Shown here piece after piece: positions 37,503 to 46,429 of a stretch of 64,000 nucleotides of DNA. The notes beneath the pieces are model-generated. The model searched no databases. It saw only the letters and a list, made by a program, of their open reading frames with translations, and was not told the DNA's origin. Made by a program: the position numbers and the translations under genes. Source of the DNA: Candidatus Thermofontivivens primus. Lineage in GTDB: Bacteria > Sysuimicrobiota > Sysuimicrobiia > Sysuimicrobiales > Thermofontiviventaceae. The DNA lies in contig JAVKJW010000001.1 in the NCBI GenBank assembly GCA_031458695.1, positions 256,001-320,000 on the forward strand, given 5' to 3'. The first letter of the stretch is position 1; every line of letters starts with the position of its first letter.

Positions 37503-37577
37503 GGGGCTGTAGCTCAGAGGGAGAGCGCCTCCTTGGCGTGGAGGAGGTCGCGGGTTCAAGTCCCGCCAGCTCCACCA
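37503..37577 (+). tRNA. tRNA-Ala(GGC)
   Basis: Acceptor GGGGCTG/CAGCTCC with the G3:U70 Ala determinant, anticodon arm CCTCC-TT-GGC-GT-GGAGG, T-loop GTTCAAGTC, and encoded CCA. Confidence 0.96.
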
Positions 37578-37618
37578 CGTCTTCGTGACGGGTTCTGTCA
37601 AGCAGGGTGGTACCGCGG

Positions 37619-37659
37619 AGCGGCCCTCCGTCCCTGGCGGGGCGGAGGGCCGCTTAGTT
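37619..37659 (+). terminator. T-box terminator hairpin (imperfect U tract)
   Basis: AGCGGCCCTCCGTCCC-TGGC-GGGGCGGAGGGCCGCT followed by TAGTT. It is mutually exclusive with the antiterminator. Confidence 0.75.
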
Positions 37660-37704
37660 CAAAACTAGGAAGAGATCCAAAACGGAGCAGCAGGGGGGAA
37701 GCGT

Positions 37705-40155
37705 ATGGCTGAGCGGTATAATCCCCAGGAAATCGAAGCGCGATGGCAGGAGCGTTGGGAGCGTGACAAGCTCTACCATGCTCCGGATTTCGACCCCCGC
37801 CCCAAGTACTACTTCCTCACCATGTATCCGTACCCCTCTGGGGACCTGCACATTGGGCACTGGTATGCCATGGCACCCTCCGATGCGAAAGCGCGATACC
37901 TGCGCATGCGCGGGTACAACGTGATGCTCCCTATTGGGTTTGACGCTTTCGGCCTCCCCGCGGAGAACGCAGCCATCAATCACGGCATTCACCCCTATAC
38001 CTGGACCATGCAGAACATCGAGCGCATGCGCAGGCAACTGAGATCCATGGGCGCAATGTGGGACTGGGACAGGGAGATCGTCACTTGTGACCCCGAATAC
38101 TACAAGTGGAACCAATGGTTCTTTCTGAAGTTCTACGAACGTGGCCTGGCCTACCGCGCACTCGCCCCCGTGGACTGGTGCCCGAAGTGCAATACCTCGC
38201 TTGCGCGCGAGCAGGTGGTGGGGGAGGAACGCGTGTGTGAACGGTGTGGGACGCCGGTGATCAAGAAGACCCTGGAGCAGTGGTTCTTCCGGATCACCGC
38301 GTACGCGGAGGAGCTGTTGGACTTCAGCAAGCTTGACTGGCCCGAACCTGTGCGCATCCTCCAGCAGAACTGGATTGGCCCCAGCCGCGGTGTGGAGTTC
38401 CGCATCCCTGTCAAGGGCCATCCCGACGTGGAAATCCCTGTATTCACCACGCGCCCTGACACCGTGTACGGGATGACCTTCGTCGTGCTGGCCCCGGAGC
38501 ATCCCCTTGTGGACAGGCTGACAACGCCGGAGTGCCGGGAGGCCGTGGAGGCCTACAAGATGAAGGCTGCGCGTTCCTCCGATATCGAGCGCCAGGCCAC
38601 TGAGCGCGAAAGGGATGGGGTTTTCATCGGCGCCTATGCCATCAACCCCATGAACGGCGAGGAAGTGCCCATCTGGATTGCCGACTACGTCCTGCTCACC
38701 TATGGCACGGGGGCAATCATGGGGGTTCCTGCCCATGACGAGCGGGACTTTGACTTCGCCCGGCGGTACGGCCTGGAGATTCGGGTGGTCATCGCTCCCC
38801 CTGGGTGGAACGGGGAACCCTTGGAGCAGGCCTACATCGAGGAAGGCACCATGGTCAACTCTGGACCCTTCACCGGCCTTCCCTCCAAGGAGGGGTGGGA
38901 ACGCATCGCCGACTACATGGAGGAAAAGGGGATCGGCCGCCGCAAGACCAACTACCGCATGCACGACTGGCTCATCAGCCGCCAGCGCTACTGGGGGACT
39001 CCCATCCCCATCATCTACTGCCCGAGCTGCGGCACCGTTCCCGTCCCTGAAGAAGACCTTCCGGTGATCCTGCCTCACGATGCTGAGTTCCTTCCCACAG
39101 GGGAGTCGCCGCTTAAGTACCACGAGGGCTTCCGAAAGACTACCTGCCCACGCTGCGGGGGCCCTGCGGAGCGTGAGACGGACACGATGGACACATTCGT
39201 AGACTCCTCCTGGTACCAGTACCGCTACCTGAGCCCCCACTACCAGGAAGGTCCCTTCGATCCTGAGGTCGCGCGCTACTGGCTCCCCGTAGACCAGTAC
39301 ACGGGTGGGATCGAACACGCCACCATGCACTTGCTGTACACGCGCTTTTTCACGAAAGCGATGCGGGATCTCGGGTTGGTCTGGTTCGACGAGCCCATGC
39401 TTCGTCTGTATAACCAAGGGATCATCCTCGGCCCCGACGGGCAGCGTATGAGCAAATCGAGAGGGAACGTGGTCGATCCCGACGAGCAGGTCCAGCGGTA
39501 CGGGGCTGACACGGTGCGGGCTTACCTCATGTTCATGCGGCCGTGGAACGAGGGCGGGCCATGGGATCCTCAGGGAATCGAAGGGGTCCACCGCTGGCTG
39601 CACCGGGTCTGGGCGTTGGTGACGGAGCCGCCGGGGCCTGTCCAGGGCCGGCCTAGCCAGAAGGCCATCCGGGAGATGCGCCGGTGGATCCACCGGACCA
39701 TCAAGAAAGCTACGGAGGATATAGAGAACTTCCGGTTCAACACCATGATCGCGGCGCTCATGGAGTACACCAATTACCTCGCAAGGGCCAAGGAGACTCC
39801 TCTTGCACGGCACGAGCTATGGGATGAGGCGATCCGCACTCTCGTCCTCCTCCTGGCTCCGATCACGCCGCATTTGGCAGAGGAGCTGTGGGCACGTCTA
39901 GGAGGGGAATACAGCGTCCACAACCAGCCGTGGCCTCGCTGGGAAGAGGAGTGGGTAAAGGAGGAGGAGATCACCCTGGTCATCCAGGTGGATGGGAAGG
40001 TCCGCGACCGGGTCACCGTTTCCGCAGACATCACCGAGGAGATGGCGCGGGAGTTGGCCCTAGGGAGGGAGAAGGTCCGCAAGTTCTTAAATGGGAAGCG
40101 GGTCAAGGAAGTTATCGTCGTTCCAGGCCGCCTCGTGAATGTGGTCACCGAGTAG
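37705..40155 (+). CDS. leuS: Leucine--tRNA ligase
   Basis: MYPYPSGDLHIGH, FTTRPDT, GTGAIMGVPAHD, DWLISRQRYWG and RMSKS. Confidence 0.98.
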   Translation: MAERYNPQEIEARWQERWERDKLYHAPDFDPRPKYYFLTMYPYPSGDLHIGHWYAMAPSDAKARYLRMRGYNVMLPIGFDAFGLPAENAAINHGIHPYTWTMQNIERMRRQLRSMGAMWDWDREIVTCDPEYYKWNQWFFLKFYERGLAYRALAPVDWCPKCNTSLAREQVVGEERVCERCGTPVIKKTLEQWFFRITAYAEELLDFSKLDWPEPVRILQQNWIGPSRGVEFRIPVKGHPDVEIPVFTTRPDTVYGMTFVVLAPEHPLVDRLTTPECREAVEAYKMKAARSSDIERQATERERDGVFIGAYAINPMNGEEVPIWIADYVLLTYGTGAIMGVPAHDERDFDFARRYGLEIRVVIAPPGWNGEPLEQAYIEEGTMVNSGPFTGLPSKEGWERIADYMEEKGIGRRKTNYRMHDWLISRQRYWGTPIPIIYCPSCGTVPVPEEDLPVILPHDAEFLPTGESPLKYHEGFRKTTCPRCGGPAERETDTMDTFVDSSWYQYRYLSPHYQEGPFDPEVARYWLPVDQYTGGIEHATMHLLYTRFFTKAMRDLGLVWFDEPMLRLYNQGIILGPDGQRMSKSRGNVVDPDEQVQRYGADTVRAYLMFMRPWNEGGPWDPQGIEGVHRWLHRVWALVTEPPGPVQGRPSQKAIREMRRWIHRTIKKATEDIENFRFNTMIAALMEYTNYLARAKETPLARHELWDEAIRTLVLLLAPITPHLAEELWARLGGEYSVHNQPWPRWEEEWVKEEEITLVIQVDGKVRDRVTVSADITEEMARELALGREKVRKFLNGKRVKEVIVVPGRLVNVVTE

Positions 40156-40160
40156 CCCCG

Positions 40161-40724
40161 ATGACGTGGCCGAGGAGAACAGAGTGGGTGCTCCTGGCGA
40201 TGGGGATCGGCGCCATTCTTGTTGGGGCGCTCGTACGCCTCTTCCTCGCAGCGTACCCTCCTGCGCCGCCCCCAGCGGAAGACCTTGCAGTTCCTTCCCT
40301 GATCGCTGTACATATCTCCGGTGCTGTCCGTTTCCCAGGTCTCTACCGCCTTCGGGTTGGGTCGCGCGTAGGGGATATCCTCACCAAGGCAGGAGGGCCG
40401 ACGGAGGAGGCGGACCTTCGAGGGTTGAATCTTGCAATGCCATTGCGCGATGGGGATCGTGTGGTGGTCCCCCCACGCCTACCCCGATCGAAAGGCGCAC
40501 AGCCAGGGGCGAGAGAGGGCGTGATCGACCTCAACAAAGCGTCCGTAGCGGAGCTGGAAGCCCTTCCAGGGATCGGACCTGTCTTGGCAAGGCGAATCGT
40601 GGAGTATCGGAGCAAAGCCGGACCTTTTCGTAGGGTGGAGGAGTTGCTCAAAGTAAGGGGAGTAGGCCCCAAGCTAGTGGCAAAATTGCGTCCCTATGTT
40701 ACCGTCCGGGAGCTCACCCCGTGA
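40161..40724 (+). CDS. comEA: ComEA-family DNA-binding competence protein
   Basis: N-terminal TM, SLBB domain (VHISGAVRFPGLY) and HhH motif (IDLNKAS..ELEALPGIGP). Confidence 0.88.
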   Translation: MTWPRRTEWVLLAMGIGAILVGALVRLFLAAYPPAPPPAEDLAVPSLIAVHISGAVRFPGLYRLRVGSRVGDILTKAGGPTEEADLRGLNLAMPLRDGDRVVVPPRLPRSKGAQPGAREGVIDLNKASVAELEALPGIGPVLARRIVEYRSKAGPFRRVEELLKVRGVGPKLVAKLRPYVTVRELTP

Positions 40725-40776
40725 TGGGAAGGAGGGGCTATTTTCGGAGGGATCACTCCCTTTGATGGAGGTTCCT

Positions 40777-41073
40777 GTGGACATTCGGGAGTTCCAGTCG
40801 ATCATTGTGAGGACCTATGGGGAGCGCGACGGGGCTCGCGGCACTGAGGGAACCTTCCGCTGGCTCGTCGAGGAGGTCGGGGAGCTCGCCAGGGCACTGA
40901 GGTCTGGGGACCGAGTGAAGCAACTGGAAGAGTTCTCCGACGTCCTGGCGTGGCTCGTGAGCCTTGCAGCCCTCTGCGGGGTTGACATGGCGGAGGCAAT
41001 GGCCAGGTACGCCCGCGGGTGCCCCAAGTGCAAAGCGATCCCCTGCGCTTGTCCAGGGGAGGCGCGCTCGTAA
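40777..41073 (+). CDS. Single-domain MazG-like NTP pyrophosphohydrolase
   Basis: WLVEEVGELA and EEFSDVLAWL, with a C-terminal CPKC..PCAC. GTG start after GGAGG. Confidence 0.85.
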   Translation: MDIREFQSIIVRTYGERDGARGTEGTFRWLVEEVGELARALRSGDRVKQLEEFSDVLAWLVSLAALCGVDMAEAMARYARGCPKCKAIPCACPGEARS

Positions 41074-41130
41074 CAGAACCTTTGGGAGAAGACCAACGAG
41101 AAGCGATTTCGTGACCCGGAGGAGAATCCC

Positions 41131-42102
41131 ATGCAGACATCTGAGAGGATCCATTTTGAGGCAGTGGTCGTGGACCTCCACTGCGATACCCTGCAGGACC
41201 TCCAGGCAGGGAAGCGCACCCTCGTTCCCTCAGGCCCTCAGGAAGGGCACATCGACCTCCCCAGGTTAAAGGCGGGAGGGGTGGATGTCCAGGTCTTCGC
41301 TCTGTACATCGCTCCAGAAATGGCAGGAAGGGGATATCAGCGGGCTGTGGAGCTCATCGAGGCCTTCCACAGGGAGATCCAGCACAATAGGGAAGCGATC
41401 GGGCACGCCAGGACCGTGGAGGAGATCGAATCCCTCCTCCAGCAGGGGAAGGTAGCTGCGGTCCTCGCGGTGGAGAACGGGGATGCCCTGGAGGGCAGGG
41501 TGGAGAATTTGGACCACCTCTATGCGCAAGGGGTCCGGATGCTCTCGTTGACCTGGAACCACGCCAACGCTCTCGCAGATGGGGCGAGGGAGCAGGTCCA
41601 TGGTGGGCTTACTCCCCTTGGCAAGGATGTCATCGAGCGCATGGACGAACTGGGCATGGTTCTTGACGTCTCCCACCTCTCCGAGCAGGCGTTCTGGCAG
41701 GCACTGGAGGTGGCGAAGGGACCTGTGGTCGCTACCCACTCCAATGCGGCTGCCCTAGCTCCCCACCCGCGCAACCTCACAGATGAACAGCTCCGGGCGA
41801 TTGCTGCGCGCGGAGGCGTGGTGGGAGTGAACTTCTACCCAGAATTCCTCGGCCGCGGAGACGCAACGGTGGAGAGTGTGCTCGAGCATATCACCTACAT
41901 GGCGCGCGTCATGGGGGTCGACCACGTCGCTCTGGGATCGGATTTCGACGGGATCTCCAAGACTCCAGCGGGGCTCGAAGATGTGAGTAAAGTCCCTGCC
42001 ATCACCCGGGGACTGCTCGCGCGGGGGTACACGGAAGAAGAGGTGAAGAAGATTTTAGGCAGAAACGCCCTGCGCGTCTTCCGGGAGGTCTGGAGGCACT
42101 GA
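41131..42102 (+). CDS. Membrane-dipeptidase (M19) family peptidase
   Basis: DLHCD, HIDLPRL, LTWN, DVSH, THSN, HPRN and GSDFDG. Confidence 0.93.
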   Translation: MQTSERIHFEAVVVDLHCDTLQDLQAGKRTLVPSGPQEGHIDLPRLKAGGVDVQVFALYIAPEMAGRGYQRAVELIEAFHREIQHNREAIGHARTVEEIESLLQQGKVAAVLAVENGDALEGRVENLDHLYAQGVRMLSLTWNHANALADGAREQVHGGLTPLGKDVIERMDELGMVLDVSHLSEQAFWQALEVAKGPVVATHSNAAALAPHPRNLTDEQLRAIAARGGVVGVNFYPEFLGRGDATVESVLEHITYMARVMGVDHVALGSDFDGISKTPAGLEDVSKVPAITRGLLARGYTEEEVKKILGRNALRVFREVWRH

Positions 42103-42172
42103 CGCAATCTTACCGGATCCCGGGGGGATGGAGAAATCCCATCTCGGAGTACCTCAGCTACCTTCGCACACT

Positions 42173-43009
42173 TCAGCACGAAAGGTGTGGAACAAAGCAG
42201 AGGATGGCTTCCCTGGCGATCTTCGCCGCGAGGACCGCGGTCATGCCGGAAGGGTCGTAGGGAGGAGAGACTTCCACCACATCCATGCCCACAACGTGCA
42301 AGGACTGGAGGTGCCGGAGGAAGCGAAGGAGCTCGTGGGCCGAGAGTCCCTCCGGCTCCGGATTCCCGGTTCCCGGGGCGTAGGCGGGATCGAGGACATC
42401 GATGTCTACGGTGAGGTAGATAGGCCTCTCCCGGAGCATCTCATAGATCGATGGGGGAAGAAAGAGGTAGGGGGAGGACCATAGGCACAGGCGGCGTGCG
42501 GCCTCGAACTCCTCAGGGACCCCAGAGCGGACGCCCAGCTGGACGAGAGATCCTGGAAGTTCCTCCGCGAGCCTGCGCATCACGGTGGCGTGGGAGAGAG
42601 ATTTCCCCTCATAGCGATCCCGCATGTCCAGGTGCGCGTCTAGGTTCAGAACAGCGAGTCGGGGGTAACGTCGAGCGAGCGCCCTGACCGCCCCAAGGGT
42701 GATCGTATGCTCCCCGCCCAGGAGGAGAGGGAGACAACCCTCAGGGAGGGCATGCATCGTCTGCATTACCGACTCGATCATCTCCTCTGGAGGGTCAGGA
42801 AGCTCCACGTCGCCGAAATCTTGGAGGCAGAGATTTTCTAGATCCCGGTTCAGGACGGGGCTGTAGGACTCGATGCTCCACGAAGCCCAGCGGATGGCTG
42901 CTGGAGCAAACCGTGCTCCACGGCGGAAGGTCGCAGTGGCGTCGTAGGGAAGCCCGATGATCGCGACCTGAGGATGACTAACCTCCTTGCTCGCCAGGAA
43001 CCTTTGCAT
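42173..43009 (-). CDS. speB: Agmatinase / aminopropylagmatine ureohydrolase
   Basis: GGEH, DAHLD, DIDVLDPAYAPGTG and DVVEVSP. Start ATG 43009. Confidence 0.9.
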   Translation of the reverse strand: MQRFLASKEVSHPQVAIIGLPYDATATFRRGARFAPAAIRWASWSIESYSPVLNRDLENLCLQDFGDVELPDPPEEMIESVMQTMHALPEGCLPLLLGGEHTITLGAVRALARRYPRLAVLNLDAHLDMRDRYEGKSLSHATVMRRLAEELPGSLVQLGVRSGVPEEFEAARRLCLWSSPYLFLPPSIYEMLRERPIYLTVDIDVLDPAYAPGTGNPEPEGLSAHELLRFLRHLQSLHVVGMDVVEVSPPYDPSGMTAVLAAKIAREAILCFVPHLSC

Positions 43010-43859
43010 TGTCTTCCAGCTCGGCCCAGATAGGTGCCGGGATCCGAAACGCCTCCCGATGGACAGAAGGGGTGTAGTAGAATGTTGCGATCGAGGCCAT
43101 CCTCCTTTCGATCTCCTGCTCAGGGACGGTGAGGGGATCTCGGGAGAGCGATCCCAGGGTGAACGACCAGAGGCCACCCGGGTAGGTGGGCACCGGGCAG
43201 AGGTAGGTCCGGACAATGGGGAAGATGGTTCCCATGTTCCGTCGGACCATGCGGATTACCTTCTGCTGGTACAGCGGGGAGCCGCTCTGTACAGCCAGGA
43301 TCCCTTGCGGGGTAAGCTTCTGGGCAATGGCCACGTAGAACTCCGCAGCGAACAGGTTCACCGCCGGCCCCTTGGGGTCTGTGGAGTCCACCAGGACAAC
43401 ATCGAAACGCTCCTGTGTCTCCTGCACAAACCGCGCTCCGTCCCCGAATACCAGGACCGTCCGAGGGTCGTCGAAAGCGTTGGCGGAGATTCCCGGAAGA
43501 TACCTGCGGGATACCTCAACCACAGTTGGATCGATCTCCACCATGGTCACTTTATCCACAGGATGCTTGAGGACTTCTTCCAGTAGCCCCCCGTCTCCGC
43601 CTCCGATAATCAGGACCGTGCGTGGATCCGGGTGGGTGCACAGTGGGACGTGGGTGAGCATCTCATGGTAAAAGTACTCGTCACGCTCGCTGGTTTGCAC
43701 GGCCTCGTCCAGGATCAGCATCCTCCCAAAGTCTGCATTGACGATGACCCGGATGTGCTGGAAGGGTGAAGCCTGGTTATAGAGCTCCTCCTGGACAAGG
43801 AAGGCGCCCCCAAAGCTTTTTCCTCCTTGGTCAATAAGCCATGTCTGCATTTCCCTCAC
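42978..43859 (-). CDS. speE: Polyamine aminopropyltransferase (GGGDG type)
   Basis: DEYFYHEM, IIGGGDGG, VEID and DSTDP. Confidence 0.92.
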   Translation of the reverse strand: MREMQTWLIDQGGKSFGGAFLVQEELYNQASPFQHIRVIVNADFGRMLILDEAVQTSERDEYFYHEMLTHVPLCTHPDPRTVLIIGGGDGGLLEEVLKHPVDKVTMVEIDPTVVEVSRRYLPGISANAFDDPRTVLVFGDGARFVQETQERFDVVLVDSTDPKGPAVNLFAAEFYVAIAQKLTPQGILAVQSGSPLYQQKVIRMVRRNMGTIFPIVRTYLCPVPTYPGGLWSFTLGSLSRDPLTVPEQEIERRMASIATFYYTPSVHREAFRIPAPIWAELEDNAKVPGEQGG

Positions 43860-43865
43860 CTGCGC

Positions 43866-44327
43866 TTATTCTGGCCAAAAAATCGCGGCTGCGACAACGC
43901 ATCCGCACCGTTCCACCACATGCTCCCGGCTGATCACAGCGATCTCCAGGAGGGGGAGGTTCCGGATCGCAAATGCCTCCTCCACCATCGCCCGCACCTT
44001 CGCCTCCGCTTCCTTTGCTGTTCCATGACAAGCTTCCTCCATAATGACTCCATAGTCCTCCTTGCTGATCCCTACAGCGATGGCAGCGGCGATCTTGTGC
44101 CCCGGTTCCCTGCTGGTCACGCGGGTGTACACAGCAGGGGTCAACCTCCCTGGGACAATGGTGCGCAAGGGAACGATCTTCGCTTGCGGGGGAAGGATGC
44201 TGGTCACCCGAATGAAGTTGAGGTTGGCGATCCCGGCGTCAAGGAGCGCCCGGTCAAAGGCATTGATCTCGGTCGACCCCTCACCAGCACCCGCGACGAG
44301 AGAGATGGCTTTTGGTACCTCCCACAT
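43866..44327 (-). CDS. pdaD: Pyruvoyl-dependent arginine decarboxylase
   Basis: AFDRALLDAGIANLNFIRVTSILP, containing the self-cleavage Ser. Start ATG 44327. Confidence 0.88.
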   Translation of the reverse strand: MWEVPKAISLVAGAGEGSTEINAFDRALLDAGIANLNFIRVTSILPPQAKIVPLRTIVPGRLTPAVYTRVTSREPGHKIAAAIAVGISKEDYGVIMEEACHGTAKEAEAKVRAMVEEAFAIRNLPLLEIAVISREHVVERCGCVVAAAIFWPE

Positions 44328-44556
44328 GATCCTCTTCCTTTCTCCGCAGATTTCCGGGGAAACTCCACCCTGGGACATCCCTGGGGAGCCCGGACACTTC
44401 TTCCTTAAATTCCATCTTTCCCCTTCGCCTCCTTCCCTCTCCATCACTCCAGTGAAATCTCTCTGTTTGCCTGGGTATTCAACAGGGACCGGAGGGAGTG
44501 TGCCGAATTACAAAATATACAGAGGTCTCCCTCGTGGGAATGGAGGCGGAGAGGGA

Positions 44557-46311
44557 ATGGAATACGCTCGCATTGCGGAAGCTTATGAGCGTATCGAGCG
44601 GACCACCGGTCGGTTGGAGATGACCCAGCTCCTTGTGGACCTGTTCAAGATGACCCCCAAGGCAGTCCTCCCTCAAGTGGTTTACCTGACTCAGGGGAAA
44701 CTCTATCCCGATTACGTGGGGGTGGAGGTGGGGGTCGCGGAGAAACTGGCGATCCGAGCCGTCGCCCAGGCCGCTTCGGTGAGCGAGACAGAGGTCCAGA
44801 AGCAGCTCCACGCCCTCGGGGACTTGGGAGAAGCCACCATGCGCCTGATGGAGGGGCATCGCCCGAAAGGGGAGCGTCTTACCGTGCAAGACGTCTACTC
44901 CACCCTGGACGAGATGGCCAGGGCGTCGGGGGCAGGATCCCAGGAGAAGAAGATCAACCTGCTCCGAGATCTCCTGCGGAGGGCCTCCCCGAAAGAGGCC
45001 AAGTACATTGTCCGCACGGTCACGGGGAAGCTACGCCTGGGTGTTGGGGATATGACCGTCCTCGATGCGCTCGCTGTGGCCCTCGCAGGGGACAAGAGGT
45101 TCAGGGTGGATCTTGAGCGTGCCTATAACCTCTCCTCGGATTTGGGGCTTGTCGCCGAGACCCTGGCGAAGGGTGGGATCGAGGAGGTTCGGAAGTTCCA
45201 CGTTTCCGTGGGGCACCCTATCCGGCCCATGCTCGCCGAGCGTCTGGCGTCCCCCGAGGAGATCCTTCAGAAGCTGGGCGGACGGTGCATTGCTGAATAC
45301 AAGTACGACGGCGAACGAGTCCAGGTCCACAAAAGAGGGAAGGATGTGGTCCTCTATAGCAGACGCCTGGAAAATATCACGGCGCAGTATCCCGACGCCA
45401 TTGAGCTGGTTCGAGCCCACGTCAAGGCAAAGGACGCGATCATTGAGTGCGAGGCCGTCGCCATCGATCCCGATACCGGTGAGCTGCGTCCGTTCCAGGA
45501 GCTCATGCACCGGCGGCGCAAGTACGGGATCCGCGAAGCGATGGAGCTCTACCCTATCTCCCTGTTCGCCTTCGAGGTCCTCTACGTCGATGGGCAGGAT
45601 CTCACGTTAAAGTCCTATGAGGAGCGCCACCGCATGCTGGAGAAGATCATCGAGCCCTCTGATCGGTTCCGTATCGCCGAATACCTGATCACCGAGGACC
45701 CGGAAGAACTCGAGCTCTTCTTCCAGCGGGCCATCCAGGATGGATGCGAGGGAGTCATCTGCAAAGCGGTCCATCCCAAGGCCGTCTACCAAGCGGGAGC
45801 GCGGGGATGGTTGTGGATCAAGTACAAGCGGGACTACAAGAGCGAGATGACCGACACAGTGGATCTCGTCGTGGTTGGCGCCTTCTACGGGCGTGGCAGG
45901 AGAGGAGGGACCTATGGAGCGCTCCTCCTTGCTGCGTACGACCCCAAGGCCGACCTCTTCCGGTCCGTTACCAAATGTGGCTCAGGGTTCTCGGATGAAG
46001 ACCTCGAACAGCTCCCCAAGCGCCTCAAGGAATACAAACTGGATCACCGACACCCCAGGGTAGACTCCAAGATGGAGGCCGATGTCTGGTTCGCCCCTGG
46101 GATGGTGATCGAGGTGATCGGTGCGGAGATTACCTTGAGTCCAACGCACACCTGCGGATGGGGCGCGATAAAACCCAATGCCGGCCTCGCCATTCGGTTC
46201 CCCCGGTTCACGGGGAGGTACCGCGATGATAAGTCTCCCGAGGATGCCACGACGTGTGAGGAGATCATCTCGATGTACCAGCGGCAGCTCAAGACTGTCG
46301 CCGCGAGCTAA
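44557..46311 (+). CDS. lig: ATP-dependent DNA ligase, archaeal/eukaryotic type with N-terminal DNA-binding domain
   Basis: EYKYDGER (adenylation Lys), EGVICK, YQAGARGWLWIKYKRDY and IRFPRF. Start ATG 44557. Confidence 0.95.
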   Translation: MEYARIAEAYERIERTTGRLEMTQLLVDLFKMTPKAVLPQVVYLTQGKLYPDYVGVEVGVAEKLAIRAVAQAASVSETEVQKQLHALGDLGEATMRLMEGHRPKGERLTVQDVYSTLDEMARASGAGSQEKKINLLRDLLRRASPKEAKYIVRTVTGKLRLGVGDMTVLDALAVALAGDKRFRVDLERAYNLSSDLGLVAETLAKGGIEEVRKFHVSVGHPIRPMLAERLASPEEILQKLGGRCIAEYKYDGERVQVHKRGKDVVLYSRRLENITAQYPDAIELVRAHVKAKDAIIECEAVAIDPDTGELRPFQELMHRRRKYGIREAMELYPISLFAFEVLYVDGQDLTLKSYEERHRMLEKIIEPSDRFRIAEYLITEDPEELELFFQRAIQDGCEGVICKAVHPKAVYQAGARGWLWIKYKRDYKSEMTDTVDLVVVGAFYGRGRRGGTYGALLLAAYDPKADLFRSVTKCGSGFSDEDLEQLPKRLKEYKLDHRHPRVDSKMEADVWFAPGMVIEVIGAEITLSPTHTCGWGAIKPNAGLAIRFPRFTGRYRDDKSPEDATTCEEIISMYQRQLKTVAAS

Positions 46312-46429
46312 GCACCCTTAAGCGTGGATTGCGTTCATCCCGGCCCGCGCGCTCACGGGGTTCAACAGAACCAACAACCAGGGAGAGGGACCTATGCGCT
46401 ATCGATGGAAGGACGAGCAGGAAGAGATC

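Larger units (their letters stand above)
37279..37659 (+). ncRNA. T-box riboswitch (Leu specifier CUC) upstream of leuS, with a tRNA nested in Stem III
   Basis: GA motif, AGTA, AGCGAG box, GGTG loop, specifier loop GAA-CTC-G (37372-37374), Stem II with TGAA/GTA, GCGTTA box, and T-box AGGGTGGTACCGCG pairing with CGTCCCT. Confidence 0.92.

Noticed and set aside
37503..37577. Nested tRNA-Ala as a pseudogene or att-site remnant
   Set aside because: It is full length with all arms paired, G3:U70 and CCA, and no mobile genes are nearby. G37 is the only slightly unusual base.
37168..37578. N-terminal extension of MlaE in the ORF track
   Set aside because: It is the antisense of the tRNA-Ala and T-box. 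MlaE homology and an SD begin at 37167.
37654..39813. 719-aa ORF antisense to leuS
   Set aside because: It is a shadow frame of a GC-rich, codon-biased gene, with no recognisable motifs.
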